Below, in pieces: positions 30,080-39,827 of a stretch of DNA of 56,174 nucleotides. The notes below the pieces were generated by a model. It did not search any database and was not told the origin of the DNA. It saw only the letters and a program-made list of their open reading frames with translations. The position numbers and the translations under genes are program-made. Every line of letters starts with the position of its first letter. Position 1 is the stretch's first letter. Source of the DNA: Staphylococcus epidermidis (lineage in GTDB: Bacteria > Bacillota_I > Bacilli_A > RFN20 > CAG-826); contig CAMBSI010000003.1 of NCBI GenBank assembly GCA_945870555.1, positions 1 through 56,174 on the forward strand. The letters run 5' to 3'.

Positions 30080-30787
30080 ATGATTCGGATCTTTGCCCAG
30101 TGGCAAGACCGCGTTATCTTGTCTGAGGATGACCGACATCATTTGGTTAATGTGTTAAGAGTTAAACCGGGCGAGAAAATTGAATTATTGATGCAGGGAC
30201 AAGTGTACGCTGGTGAGGTTCAATCGACTCAACCGCTTGTGATTAACCGATTAGACCAAATACAAAGTAACCATGAACTACCTTTTTCATTGAACCTCAT
30301 TTATCCAATTAGCAAAGGTGATCGCTTTGATTGGGTCATTCAAAAAGCCACGGAATTAGGAACCGATTCCGTCATCGTCTGTACAAGTGAACGAAGTGTT
30401 GTGAAATGGGACAAAGCAGATATTGAAAAGAAACGAATTCGTTATCAACGCATCATCGATGAGGCAACGTTGCAATCAAAACGAGAAAAAATCATGTCAT
30501 TTAATGCGATTCATTCCTTAAAGGATGCCTTAACGTTACCTTTTGATATAAAATTCATCGCCTCGGAATATCATCTTGGATCTTCATTTAACCTTCCCTC
30601 TGCATTCCGCATCAAAAAAGGTTCAAGCGTGGCCTTATTGGTTGGCGCAGAAGGTGGATTCAGTGAACATGAAGTCACACTTGCCATCAAGCTTGGGTTT
30701 AAACCTTTATCTTTAGGTCCCAGCATCCTCCGAACGGAAACTGCGGTGGTCACTGGATTATCGATCCTACGCGAGAAAGGATTATGA
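30080..30787 (+). CDS. rsmE: 16S rRNA m3U1498 methyltransferase
   Basis: HHLVNVLR, KATELG, EATLQS, VGAEGGF, LGPSILRTETA. Confidence 0.96.
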   Translation: MIRIFAQWQDRVILSEDDRHHLVNVLRVKPGEKIELLMQGQVYAGEVQSTQPLVINRLDQIQSNHELPFSLNLIYPISKGDRFDWVIQKATELGTDSVIVCTSERSVVKWDKADIEKKRIRYQRIIDEATLQSKREKIMSFNAIHSLKDALTLPFDIKFIASEYHLGSSFNLPSAFRIKKGSSVALLVGAEGGFSEHEVTLAIKLGFKPLSLGPSILRTETAVVTGLSILREKGL

Positions 30788-30788
30788 T

Positions 30789-31586
30789 ATGGCAAATTAT
30801 ATTGGACAAAGTTACCGCGAAAAGAAACTCTTTTTAAGGTCAAAAGATGGCATCTTCTATCTTCAGCAACGGCGAAAATTGCTCCTTTATCCAGCCTTTA
30901 AACATTTGTTTTTTGCAAGCAATTTGATAAGTCTGATTCAGGCGGTCATGATCCTTAAGGGATTGGTCCAAAAAGAAGCAATTGATACGTACTTGAAACA
31001 ACAAGGACAAAACTCCATGGCAATACATGGTCGAATCAAACATCATGCCATTCGAGAAAGTTTCCTAAAAGATTTAAGATTCCAATATCAGTTCAAAGAC
31101 CAACAACAGATGTCGATCATCCTTCCTTTCTTTAATCGAGCAATGAATCATATTTATCAACATGAACCGGATAAGTTGTATGACTACCCGTATAGCAGAC
31201 TTGAAGAAGACTTTTCAACCTCGATTGTCGATGCCTTTGAACATTATGGTTTTGATCTTTATCAATCCAATTTTGTTAACTTAGTTACGTTGACGCCACG
31301 TGATCGAAGTTCGATGGCTTTTTATCAACCAGATGCGAGAGTCGTACTAATTATTAATCGTCAGGGTCGACTCGATGTCAGTCTGTCGCTTTTTGATAAA
31401 GGCATCAAAAAACCTAACCTTTCATCCATCCAAGAACGGCTCAATCTTGCCATCAAACCTTTTTTTGATCATGATCGCCAAGATCTCATTGAACAATTGA
31501 AGGTTCAAGGGTTTTTATCAGAAGGTTATGCAAAATCGATGATTCATGAAAAAAAAGCAAGCTTCATTCGTCGCTATAAAGATTAG
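30789..31586 (+). CDS. Hypothetical protein
   Basis: 265-aa ORF tightly packed between rsmE and the rpmF promoter; no motif recognised. Confidence 0.75.
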   Translation: MANYIGQSYREKKLFLRSKDGIFYLQQRRKLLLYPAFKHLFFASNLISLIQAVMILKGLVQKEAIDTYLKQQGQNSMAIHGRIKHHAIRESFLKDLRFQYQFKDQQQMSIILPFFNRAMNHIYQHEPDKLYDYPYSRLEEDFSTSIVDAFEHYGFDLYQSNFVNLVTLTPRDRSSMAFYQPDARVVLIINRQGRLDVSLSLFDKGIKKPNLSSIQERLNLAIKPFFDHDRQDLIEQLKVQGFLSEGYAKSMIHEKKASFIRRYKD

Positions 31587-31595
31587 TTTTTTTGA

Positions 31596-31624
31596 TTGAC
31601 TCAAGTCAAAAACCCCCATATAAT
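31596..31624 (+). promoter_or_regulatory. Sigma-A promoter for rpmF
   Basis: TTGACT-17 nt-TATAAT, then an AAGGAGGT SD. Confidence 0.85.
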
Positions 31625-31650
31625 ACATTAGGAAATAAGGAGGTGGTTTT

Positions 31651-31920
31651 ATGGCAGTGCCATTTCATCGCACGTCGCAAACTCGTAGAGATAAACGACG
31701 CACACATTTTAAATTAAAAGTTACTGGCTTAATCGCCTGCAGCAATTGTAGCAAACTCATTCGGTCGCATACCGTTTGCCCATCTTGTGGTTTTTATGCA
31801 AAGAAACAAGTCATTCAAGTTGGCGAAAAACCAGTTGAAACTGTAACCAAACCCGTCAAAGAAACAGCAAAAAAACCAGCAAAGAAAGCAAAAGCTAAAG
31901 CTGGCGAAAAGAAAGAATAA
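31651..31920 (+). CDS. rpmF: 50S ribosomal protein L32 (Zn-ribbon form) with Lys-rich C-terminal extension
   Basis: MAVPFHRTSQTRRDKRR; CSNC..HTVCPSCGFY. Confidence 0.97.
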   Translation: MAVPFHRTSQTRRDKRRTHFKLKVTGLIACSNCSKLIRSHTVCPSCGFYAKKQVIQVGEKPVETVTKPVKETAKKPAKKAKAKAGEKKE

Positions 31921-31941
31921 AATGCCCTAACGGGCATTTTT
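31919..31941 (+). terminator. Intrinsic terminator after rpmF
   Basis: AAAATGCCC-TAAC-GGGCATTTT-T hairpin with U tract. Confidence 0.8.
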
Positions 31942-31946
31942 CATCT

Positions 31947-32612
31947 ATGCAACATTTAGCAAAATATATTGATCACACCTTATTAAAACAAGATGCAACC
32001 TATGCTCAAATTGAAACCCTTTGCCAAGAAGCAAAACTATATGATTTTATGTCAGTTTGCATTCAACCCCATTTTGTCAGCTTCGCCAAACAAAAGTTAT
32101 TAGAATCTGCAGTCAAAGTTTGCACCGTTATTGGTTTTCCCCTTGGACAAAATACAAGAGAAACCAAAGTCTTTGAAACTAAAAAGGCAATTCATGAAGG
32201 GGCTGATGAAATTGATATGGTCATCAACCAAAGTTTATTGAAGTCAGGAAAGTTCCATGAACTTTATTTGGAAATTGCCGATATCAAATATGCATGCCAA
32301 GGAAAAATTCTTAAAGTTATTTTAGAAACATGCTTATTAACAAATGAAGAAATCATCAAGGCGTGTGAAATCTGCAGAGAAGCAAAAGCAGATTTCGTCA
32401 AAACGTCGACTGGTTTTTCCACCGGGGGTGCAACCATTGAGCACGTCAAGTTAATGAAGAAAACTGTCGGTGATAAACTACAAGTCAAAGCCAGTGGCGG
32501 CATTCGCTCGTTAGCAGAGATGCAAGCGATGATTGAAGCCGGGGCAACCAGAATTGGAACAAGTAGTGGCGTGAAGATACTTAGCGGACAAATGAGTCAA
32601 AATTCATACTAA
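31947..32612 (+). CDS. deoC: Deoxyribose-phosphate aldolase
   Basis: IDHTLLK, VIGFPLG, EIDMV, KVILET, FVKTSTG, KASGG, RIGTSS. Confidence 0.97.
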   Translation: MQHLAKYIDHTLLKQDATYAQIETLCQEAKLYDFMSVCIQPHFVSFAKQKLLESAVKVCTVIGFPLGQNTRETKVFETKKAIHEGADEIDMVINQSLLKSGKFHELYLEIADIKYACQGKILKVILETCLLTNEEIIKACEICREAKADFVKTSTGFSTGGATIEHVKLMKKTVGDKLQVKASGGIRSLAEMQAMIEAGATRIGTSSGVKILSGQMSQNSY

Positions 32613-32615
32613 TCA

Positions 32616-32644
32616 TTGCGTAAGCTTCAATGCTTGCGTATAAT
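32616..32644 (+). promoter_or_regulatory. Sigma-A promoter for rpsU
   Basis: TTGCGT-17 nt-TATAAT. Confidence 0.75.
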
Positions 32645-32677
32645 AAGGTAGATTTAAGGGTAAGGAGGTGGAACAAC

Positions 32678-32851
32678 ATGGCAAAAACACCCGTTCGTGA
32701 CAATGAATCTTTAGATGAAGCATTACGTCGTTTTAAGCGTCAAGTGAACAAGTCTGGCGTCTTACAAGAAGCGAGAAAGCGTGAGTTCTATCTTAAACCA
32801 GGACTTAAACGTAAATTAAAATCCAAAGAAGCTCTCCGCAAAAAATACTAA
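32678..32851 (+). CDS. rpsU: 30S ribosomal protein S21
   Basis: [26 protein letters not shown]; start moved to ATG 32678 behind AAGGAGGT. Confidence 0.97.
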   Translation: MAKTPVRDNESLDEALRRFKRQVNKSGVLQEARKREFYLKPGLKRKLKSKEALRKKY

Positions 32852-32857
32852 ACTAAC

Positions 32858-32882
32858 AAAGGACCGGATACGGTCCTTTTTC
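32858..32882 (+). terminator. Intrinsic terminator after rpsU
   Basis: AAAGGACCG-GATA-CGGTCCTTT-TT. Confidence 0.85.
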
Positions 32883-32899
32883 TTCACCTATTCATAAGG

Positions 32900-34066
32900 G
32901 TGAAACGGATTTATTCCATACAACAAGTCAGTCAACAAGATTGTGGACCCACTGCCTTAAAAATGCTGCTTGCCTACCTGTTTCAGAAAGAATCATTTTT
33001 GTTTTTACAAGAATCATGGAATCGCCCATCCACGTTTAAAAACCTCTTAGAGTACGCGAGTCATTTTGGCGTTACCTTGAAAGGGTATAAACTACATCAT
33101 CCCAGTTCAGTCCGCGGGCTGAAGTCACCTTTTCTAGCGTTAATGAAAAATCCAAATCCACATTACGTCACCGTAATGCCAATAAAAAAAGACTGGTTTT
33201 ATCTACTCGATCCTTCTGGAACCAAAAAAAGAATTCGCTCACAATACTTTGATCAAACGTTTACAGGATATATCTTGTTGGTGAAACACATCAAATCACT
33301 ATCTTTACCAACCTTACCGATGGAAGAAGTGTTCCATTATGGTTTTTGGTACGTCAGTTTTTTCCTTTTGATTGGGTTAACCTTTGCTTGGTTATGGTTT
33401 CCTTCTCTACTTCATTGGTGGATGCCAATTCTTTTTGTATTGATTGTCGCCATGTGGGGTGGTTACCTCTTTCAAAAATTGAAAAACCTTGATCAAACGA
33501 TGGTGAAAAGGTACCTACCCTTGATTGCGAATCCGTTACAATTCCAACGGTTTCACTCATGGAAACAAGGTTGGATGCAATTGCCTTTAACAAATTTATA
33601 TCGATGGTTAGTTGCTTTTGGGATGGTCTTGTATTTATTAAGGGCTTCGCCAAGTTTCTTATTCGCACTGATTGGTTTGCACACGTTTACTTGTTTATGG
33701 TTACCAAAGGTTGAAAAAGAATTTGCAAACAAAATCGTCAATCTTGAGCAAAAAGAAAAAGCATTAAAATTTCCGATGTTGACGTTAGCATCCATGAAGC
33801 AACTTTACCAAGGCGTCTATCAAGTTTTTCGCTTTCAACTTGAAATGTGGCTCGTGTTTTTGATGAGCATGGGTTTGACAACCATCGTCTATGGATGGTT
33901 CTTTCCGTATGAAGATTTTTTAAGCTGGGCAAGTATGGTTAGCATCATGGTTGTATCCTTGATTCACCATCGAGGCATTTATCAAGACAATCGCGGAAAA
34001 CAACGATGGCGCCAAATCGGATATCTCTTTTTGAATGATAAAGAATATGATAAAATTAAGGTGTGA
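32900..34066 (+). CDS. C39 cysteine peptidase domain fused to a multi-pass membrane domain; no ABC ATPase domain
   Basis: QQVSQQDCGPTAL (Q..DCG), HYVTV, YLLDP, then several hydrophobic helices; no Walker A/B motif. Confidence 0.8.
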   Translation: MKRIYSIQQVSQQDCGPTALKMLLAYLFQKESFLFLQESWNRPSTFKNLLEYASHFGVTLKGYKLHHPSSVRGLKSPFLALMKNPNPHYVTVMPIKKDWFYLLDPSGTKKRIRSQYFDQTFTGYILLVKHIKSLSLPTLPMEEVFHYGFWYVSFFLLIGLTFAWLWFPSLLHWWMPILFVLIVAMWGGYLFQKLKNLDQTMVKRYLPLIANPLQFQRFHSWKQGWMQLPLTNLYRWLVAFGMVLYLLRASPSFLFALIGLHTFTCLWLPKVEKEFANKIVNLEQKEKALKFPMLTLASMKQLYQGVYQVFRFQLEMWLVFLMSMGLTTIVYGWFFPYEDFLSWASMVSIMVVSLIHHRGIYQDNRGKQRWRQIGYLFLNDKEYDKIKV

Positions 34067-34518
34067 ATATCGATTTAATTGCACCCCAATCCTTAACCTC
34101 TTATCGCTTGGAAGAACGCTATTTATCATTGATGAAGACAACATTGAGCCTGATCAAACATTCACTTGATGCAAATGTGGATGTCTTGATGACAACAAAC
34201 AAAACCATCCGACAATATAACGCAACGTATCGACAAAAAGACCACGCCACCGATGTTTTGAGTTTTGGTTTCCAAGAACAACCAAGCAAAATCCTTGGTC
34301 AACCGATTCATTTAGGACAGCTTATCATCAGTTATCAAAAAGCCAAGACCCAAGCGGTTTCCTATGGTCATTCGATTGAAAGAGAATTTTCTTTCTTATT
34401 TGTCCATGGCCTATTACACTTACTAGGCTATAATCATGAGACGGAAAGCGAAGAAAAGATCATGCTTTCTTTACAAGATAAAATATTAGGAAAGAGGGTT
34501 CCTCATGGAAAAGAATAA
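34063..34518 (+). CDS. ybeY: rRNA maturation endoribonuclease YbeY
   Basis: YRQKDHATDVLSF, FVHGLLHLLGYNH. Confidence 0.96.
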   Translation: MNIDLIAPQSLTSYRLEERYLSLMKTTLSLIKHSLDANVDVLMTTNKTIRQYNATYRQKDHATDVLSFGFQEQPSKILGQPIHLGQLIISYQKAKTQAVSYGHSIEREFSFLFVHGLLHLLGYNHETESEEKIMLSLQDKILGKRVPHGKE

Positions 34519-34906
34519 GTTGATTGAAGCCGCCATTGATGCAACCAAACATTGCCATGTTCCTTATTCAAAGTTCAAAGTTGGTGCTGCCATTTTACTG
34601 AAAAACGGTTCCGTTATTGTCGGTGCAAATATAGAAAATTCATCGTATGGTTTATCAATGTGTGCAGAAAGAAATGCTCTTTATCATGCTCATTTACAAG
34701 GTTTTCGAAAAAAAGATTTCGTATCAATGGCCGTCATTGGTCCAACCGATGGACCAATTTCTCCATGTGGGGCATGCCGTCAAGTGATGCACGAATTGAT
34801 GGATGAAAATACACCCATCTACTTGTCCAATCTTAAAAAAGACATCAAAGAAACAAATCCGAAAGCGTTATTACCTTATGCATTTAGCAGCAAGGATTTA
34901 AAATAA
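34505..34906 (+). CDS. cdd: Cytidine deaminase (homotetrameric Cys type)
   Basis: PYSKFKVGAA, GANIEN, CAERNA, PCGACRQ. Confidence 0.97.
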   Translation: MEKNKLIEAAIDATKHCHVPYSKFKVGAAILLKNGSVIVGANIENSSYGLSMCAERNALYHAHLQGFRKKDFVSMAVIGPTDGPISPCGACRQVMHELMDENTPIYLSNLKKDIKETNPKALLPYAFSSKDLK

Positions 34907-34908
34907 AT

Positions 34909-35781
34909 ATGAAATCAGGTTTTGTTGCGATTGTAGGGCGACCAAATGTCGGAAAATCAACCTTGCTTAACGCTTTGGTTGGAAAAAAGATTTCGATTGT
35001 ATCGAATAAACCACAAACCACGAGGTTAGCAATTCAAGGTGTTTACCACGAAGAAGGGTTACAAATCGTATTCGTGGATACCCCAGGAATTCATAAACCC
35101 AAGGCACGTCTTGGGGAAATTATGAATGCCCAGGCTTATGCCTCCCTTCAGGATATTGACGCCGTTATTCTCTTAGTCGATGCAAGCAAAGCGTTTGGCC
35201 CTGGTGATCAATTTCTTGTTTCACGTTTGGAAAAGATCCCAAATCTGATCGTGGTCTTTAATAAGATCGATCTTACGAACGTGCAATTAATCGAGTCATT
35301 AAAAGCAACCTACACTCGCTTACTTCCTCAATCCAAACAGTTGGAACTTTCTGCGCTGAAACGAACCTTTATTCAAGACTTACTTACCATGATTAAACCT
35401 CAATTAAAGATTGGTCCTGCTTTTTTTCCAAAAGATGTCTTAACCAATTTTCCAGAAAGTTTTCAATTAATTGAGTCGATTCGTGAACAAGTCTTACATT
35501 TAACATATGAAGAAATACCTCATAGCGTTGCGATTGTGATTGACCAATTAAAAGTTGAAGAGAAGAAGCGCATTCTCTATGCAACCATTATTGTCGAAAA
35601 AGATTCTCAAAAAGGAATTTTGATTGGCAAAGATGGTAATATGCTGAGAAAAATTCGGCAACGGGTTGTTCAACAAGTGGAAAAAAATATGGGTTTAGAT
35701 TTGTCTTTAGAGTTATTCGTTAAGGTTGAACCGCATTGGCGAGATTCACCCAATCGATTAAAGGAGTATGGATTATTTTAA
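34909..35781 (+). CDS. era: GTPase Era
   Basis: GRPNVGKS, KPQTTR, DTPG, NKID, EEIPH, IGKDG KH domain. Confidence 0.98.
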   Translation: MKSGFVAIVGRPNVGKSTLLNALVGKKISIVSNKPQTTRLAIQGVYHEEGLQIVFVDTPGIHKPKARLGEIMNAQAYASLQDIDAVILLVDASKAFGPGDQFLVSRLEKIPNLIVVFNKIDLTNVQLIESLKATYTRLLPQSKQLELSALKRTFIQDLLTMIKPQLKIGPAFFPKDVLTNFPESFQLIESIREQVLHLTYEEIPHSVAIVIDQLKVEEKKRILYATIIVEKDSQKGILIGKDGNMLRKIRQRVVQQVEKNMGLDLSLELFVKVEPHWRDSPNRLKEYGLF

Positions 35782-36497
35782 AGACCCTACCAGGATTTAT
35801 CCTCAGACAAACCCCCTATCGTAACGCGGATGCAATCCTCGACGTGTTAACGCCAGAGGGTTTTTTTACGATTCAAGCAAGGGGTATCTTGAAATTAACC
35901 TCAACCATGCAGGCCATGGCAAGTCTTGGATCATGGGCAACGCTGACCTTCAGTATGACGCGGAACAAACATTATTTGGAAAAAGCTGAGTTGATTCGAT
36001 TTGCGCCGCTTCCAGATCAAGATGGTTTGATTCCCACCATCATGCTACAAGTTGGATTACAAATTCTCCTGCTTGATGAAACCAAAACGAATGCCCCGCA
36101 ACTTTATCAACTTTTGGTCAATCTCCGCGAAGCAAATACAGCTTACCCATGGCATTGGTTAAGTTTTCTCAAAGCAATCCTGACCTTACAAGGTGTCCCG
36201 ATTGTCGTGGATTATTGTGTTGAATGCCAAAACAAAACCTCTATTGTAGGTGTGAGTGCAAGATTAGGTGGCTTTATATGCCAAGATTGTTTAAAACACA
36301 CGACGGCAACTGCCTTACCCGCAAAGACATTAAAAGCACTAAGGCAATTATATAAACAACCCGAGGAACTGAAATTAAATCAAGAAGAAGTCATTGAATT
36401 GGTTCCATTGGTTCAAGATCACTTCGAACACCATCTTGATTTGCACATCGAAGGATTTAAAACCATCAAGCAATTATTCAAAAAAATACACTTATAG
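35736..36497 (+). CDS. recO: DNA repair protein RecO (start uncertain)
   Basis: era-recO-glyQS synteny; GFILRQTPYRNADAILDVLT OB-fold start; Zn motif CVEC..GGFICQDC. Confidence 0.88.
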   Translation: MARFTQSIKGVWIILKTLPGFILRQTPYRNADAILDVLTPEGFFTIQARGILKLTSTMQAMASLGSWATLTFSMTRNKHYLEKAELIRFAPLPDQDGLIPTIMLQVGLQILLLDETKTNAPQLYQLLVNLREANTAYPWHWLSFLKAILTLQGVPIVVDYCVECQNKTSIVGVSARLGGFICQDCLKHTTATALPAKTLKALRQLYKQPEELKLNQEEVIELVPLVQDHFEHHLDLHIEGFKTIKQLFKKIHL

Positions 36498-36501
36498 TAG
36501 G

Positions 36502-36531
36502 TTGACATAGAAGACGTTGTTTTGAGATAAT
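36502..36531 (+). promoter_or_regulatory. Sigma-A promoter for glyQS
   Basis: TTGACA-18 nt-GATAAT with TGn extension. Confidence 0.65.
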
Positions 36532-36556
36532 CCCCATGTGTGCGAAAGGAAAAAAC

Positions 36557-37927
36557 ATGAAAACATTTACTTTTGATCAATTAGTCACCCATTTAACAAG
36601 TACAGGCTTTGTCTACCAAGGATCCGAAATTTACGGTGGATTATCAAACACGTGGGATTATGGTCCGTTGGGTGTCGAACTTATCAATAATTTACGTCGC
36701 TCATGGTGGAAAAAATTTGTCCAAGAGAATCCCATGAATGTAGGCGTTGACTCTGCAATTTTAATGAACCCTAAAGTATGGGAAGCAACAGGACATGTCG
36801 CCACCTTTAACGATCCGTTGGTTGATTGTAAAAATTGTAAATCACGCCATCGCGCGGATCAATTAATCACCCAGGCAAAACCAGACATTGACATCAGTAA
36901 TATACCAAGTTTAGAACTAGGAAAAGTCTTGAAAGAACAAAAGATAGCTTGTACAAAATGCGGTAGTCACGACTTTACAGATATTCGTCAGTTCAACATG
37001 ATGTTTAAAACTCATATTGGCGTCATTGAGGATGCAAAAACGGTTGTTTATTTACGTCCAGAAACTGCCCAAGGTGTATTTGTGAACTTTAAAAATATTC
37101 AACGAACGACTCGAAAAAAGATTCCTTTTGGCGTTGCCAGTGTTGGAAAAGCATTCCGAAATGAAATCACACCAGGAAACTTTACATTTAGAACCCGTGA
37201 GTTTTCCCAAATGGAATTAGAATTCTTTTGCAAACCTGGAACCGAAGCATCTTGGTATAAATTTTGGCAAGATGCCTGTATGCAATACTTAGCTTCTCTC
37301 GGGATTCAAAAACAAAACTTAAGAATTCGTGAACATAGTCCAGAAGAGTTAGCCTTTTATTCAAAGGGAACGTCGGATATTGAATATGCATTTCCTTTTG
37401 GTTGGGGTGAAGTATGGGGCATTGCAAGTCGAACCGATTATGACTTAAAACAACACATGCAATTTAGTAAAGATGATTTAACCTACTTGGATCCAGAAAC
37501 CAATGAAAAATATATCCCATACGTCATCGAACCTTCACTTGGTTTAGACCGTCTAGCGTTGATGGTTTTAAGTGATGCTTATCAAGAAGAGGTTTTAGAA
37601 AAAGATACGCGAATTGTTTTGAAATTACATCCAGCGATTGCCCCCTATAAAATTGCCATCCTCCCTTTGAGCAAACAACTCAATGATAAAGCTCAAGAAG
37701 TCATGACCATATTATCCAAGCATTTTATGGTGACATATGATGAGTCAGCAAGCATCGGAAAAAGATACCGTCGTCAAGACATGATCGGCACCCCATATTG
37801 CGTGACGATTGATTTTGAAACACAAACCGACCAAAGTGTAACGATTCGTGAACGGGATTCCATGAAACAACTTCGGATGCCAATCGACGACCTGATTAGA
37901 TATTTTAATGTGAAGTTATATTATTAG
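36557..37927 (+). CDS. glyQS: Glycine--tRNA ligase (homodimeric alpha2 type)
   Basis: EIYGG, WDYGPLG, LRPETAQG, GKAFRNEI, FRTREF.QME, IEPSLG, IGKRYRRQD; start moved to ATG 36557. Confidence 0.97.
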   Translation: MKTFTFDQLVTHLTSTGFVYQGSEIYGGLSNTWDYGPLGVELINNLRRSWWKKFVQENPMNVGVDSAILMNPKVWEATGHVATFNDPLVDCKNCKSRHRADQLITQAKPDIDISNIPSLELGKVLKEQKIACTKCGSHDFTDIRQFNMMFKTHIGVIEDAKTVVYLRPETAQGVFVNFKNIQRTTRKKIPFGVASVGKAFRNEITPGNFTFRTREFSQMELEFFCKPGTEASWYKFWQDACMQYLASLGIQKQNLRIREHSPEELAFYSKGTSDIEYAFPFGWGEVWGIASRTDYDLKQHMQFSKDDLTYLDPETNEKYIPYVIEPSLGLDRLALMVLSDAYQEEVLEKDTRIVLKLHPAIAPYKIAILPLSKQLNDKAQEVMTILSKHFMVTYDESASIGKRYRRQDMIGTPYCVTIDFETQTDQSVTIRERDSMKQLRMPIDDLIRYFNVKLYY

Positions 37928-37954
37928 TCGTAAATTAGTAGTTATATAGTAGTT
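37922..37954 (-). promoter_or_regulatory. Site C of the 11-bp-period CTACTA direct repeat (three units), upstream of dnaG
   Basis: Minus strand AACTACTATAT|AACTACTAATT|TACGACTAATA. Confidence 0.7.
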
Positions 37955-37982
37955 TTATGAATATTTATGAAAGGAGGGCACA

Positions 37983-39827
37983 ATGAATTTTGATCGACAA
38001 TTATTAGACGACCTATTAAAGAAATCTGATATTGCAAATGTAATTTCTCGATATATTCCTATCACAAAAAAAGGTAGAAATTTTGTTGCCCTTTGCCCCT
38101 TTCATGATGATAAGAATCCCTCTCTAAGTATTAGTCCCGAAAAGCAGATCTTTAAGTGCTTTGTTTGTGGCACTGGAGGCTCGGCGATTCAGTTCGTGCA
38201 AAACTTTGAAAAAATATCGTTCCCACAAGCGGTTAAAAAAGTTGCGGAATGGGCTGGATTTGATGACCCCCGTTTTAAACAAAATGATGCCGCCATTCAA
38301 CGGGATGAAAAACTTGAACCATCCTTTCGTTGTTTAGAAGATTTGCTTAGTTATTATCATTTTGGTCTTGCAAGTGATGAAGGCAAACTTGCCCGGGAAT
38401 ATTTAAAAGGTAGAGGTCTTGATCAACCCATTATTGAAAACTTCCAAATTGGTTATGCGTTGAAGGACGGAGCAACCACCATTCAATACCTGATTAAACG
38501 AGGCCATCACCGAACCGTGATTGAGGCATTAGGGATTACGGCAAGTAGCAATCAGCAAGTGGATCGGCTCGCTGGTCGGGTAATTTTTCCCATTCATAAT
38601 CGAGATGGAAGGGTCGTTGGTTTTTCTGGACGATTACTGGTTGATGAACCTGGCCAAGCAAAATATGTCAACTCAACGGATTCTCCAGTTTTCAATAAAG
38701 GGAGCATTTTATATAACTTTCACCAAGTCAAGCTCGCGAGTAAGCGGGTTGGCTTTGTTTATTTGATGGAAGGTTTTATGGACGTCATTGCATTACACCG
38801 AGCAAATCTTCCTCAAGCGATTGCGCTCATGGGTACTGCGATTACACCAAACCACATTAAGCTATTGCAAAGTTTAGGGGTTGAAATCCGTATTTGTCTT
38901 GATCAAGATCAAGCAGGACAAACCGCGATGATGAAATTAATGGCACCGCTCGCCCAAGCAAATATTCCGTTTCGCTATGTCATCAGTGATCAAGAAACCC
39001 GTGATGCCGATGAAATCTTAATTGCAGATGGCGAAGTTGGATTAAAGACATACTTGAACCAATTGGTCGCAAAAATGGATTATAGTTTCCATTTCTATCA
39101 ACGGGTGATGCCTTTGACCACGACGGAACAACGCGTTGCCTTCATCAATCGGATGTTACCTTATATTGCGGCGACATCTGATCTTGAACAAATTGATTAT
39201 CTCAAACGTTTAGGTCAATTGACCCAGTTTGCAATGAAAGATTTGCAACTGTCATTAAGTAATTTGACCAAAAAAGACATCAATTATTTTGAATCTTACC
39301 GACCAGAAGCCAAACTACTCAACCGCCTAAAACGAGCTGAAAAAGCAATTTTATACAACATGTTTCTCAGTGGTGATGCGGTTGCGATGTATCAACAAGA
39401 TGTCAAGTTTTTCCATGATGATCTTTATCGCCAAATTGCAACGTACTTCATTGAAATTTATCAACGGAATCGGGATGAGCATCCAAACCTAGTCAGCGAT
39501 CCTCCTGACCATCAAACCTTAATCAATCACATCAGTATGACCGAAAGCAAAGACCAACAACGGGTCATCAATGCGATTGCCGAATTGATGAGTGAAAAAA
39601 ACTTACCAAAAGCAGACAAACACCAACTCTTGGATTACTTGAACACCTTGAAAGAGGAACGGGAAAAGCTTATCAAAGCTCACCAAATGCAAGCAAGTAT
39701 CGCTGGCAAACCCGATCACGAACAAGCTCGCATCATTAAAGAGTTAACTAAACAGGGAAAACCTGAAGCAAACAAAGGAGACAATGACGATGAAAACAAC
39801 GAAGAAGAAAACAAAGATAATGCCTAA
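37983..39827 (+). CDS. dnaG: DNA primase
   Basis: [14 protein letters not shown] Zn domain, GRVIFPI, KYVNS, EGFMD, DQD. Confidence 0.98.
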   Translation: MNFDRQLLDDLLKKSDIANVISRYIPITKKGRNFVALCPFHDDKNPSLSISPEKQIFKCFVCGTGGSAIQFVQNFEKISFPQAVKKVAEWAGFDDPRFKQNDAAIQRDEKLEPSFRCLEDLLSYYHFGLASDEGKLAREYLKGRGLDQPIIENFQIGYALKDGATTIQYLIKRGHHRTVIEALGITASSNQQVDRLAGRVIFPIHNRDGRVVGFSGRLLVDEPGQAKYVNSTDSPVFNKGSILYNFHQVKLASKRVGFVYLMEGFMDVIALHRANLPQAIALMGTAITPNHIKLLQSLGVEIRICLDQDQAGQTAMMKLMAPLAQANIPFRYVISDQETRDADEILIADGEVGLKTYLNQLVAKMDYSFHFYQRVMPLTTTEQRVAFINRMLPYIAATSDLEQIDYLKRLGQLTQFAMKDLQLSLSNLTKKDINYFESYRPEAKLLNRLKRAEKAILYNMFLSGDAVAMYQQDVKFFHDDLYRQIATYFIEIYQRNRDEHPNLVSDPPDHQTLINHISMTESKDQQRVINAIAELMSEKNLPKADKHQLLDYLNTLKEEREKLIKAHQMQASIAGKPDHEQARIIKELTKQGKPEANKGDNDDENNEEENKDNA

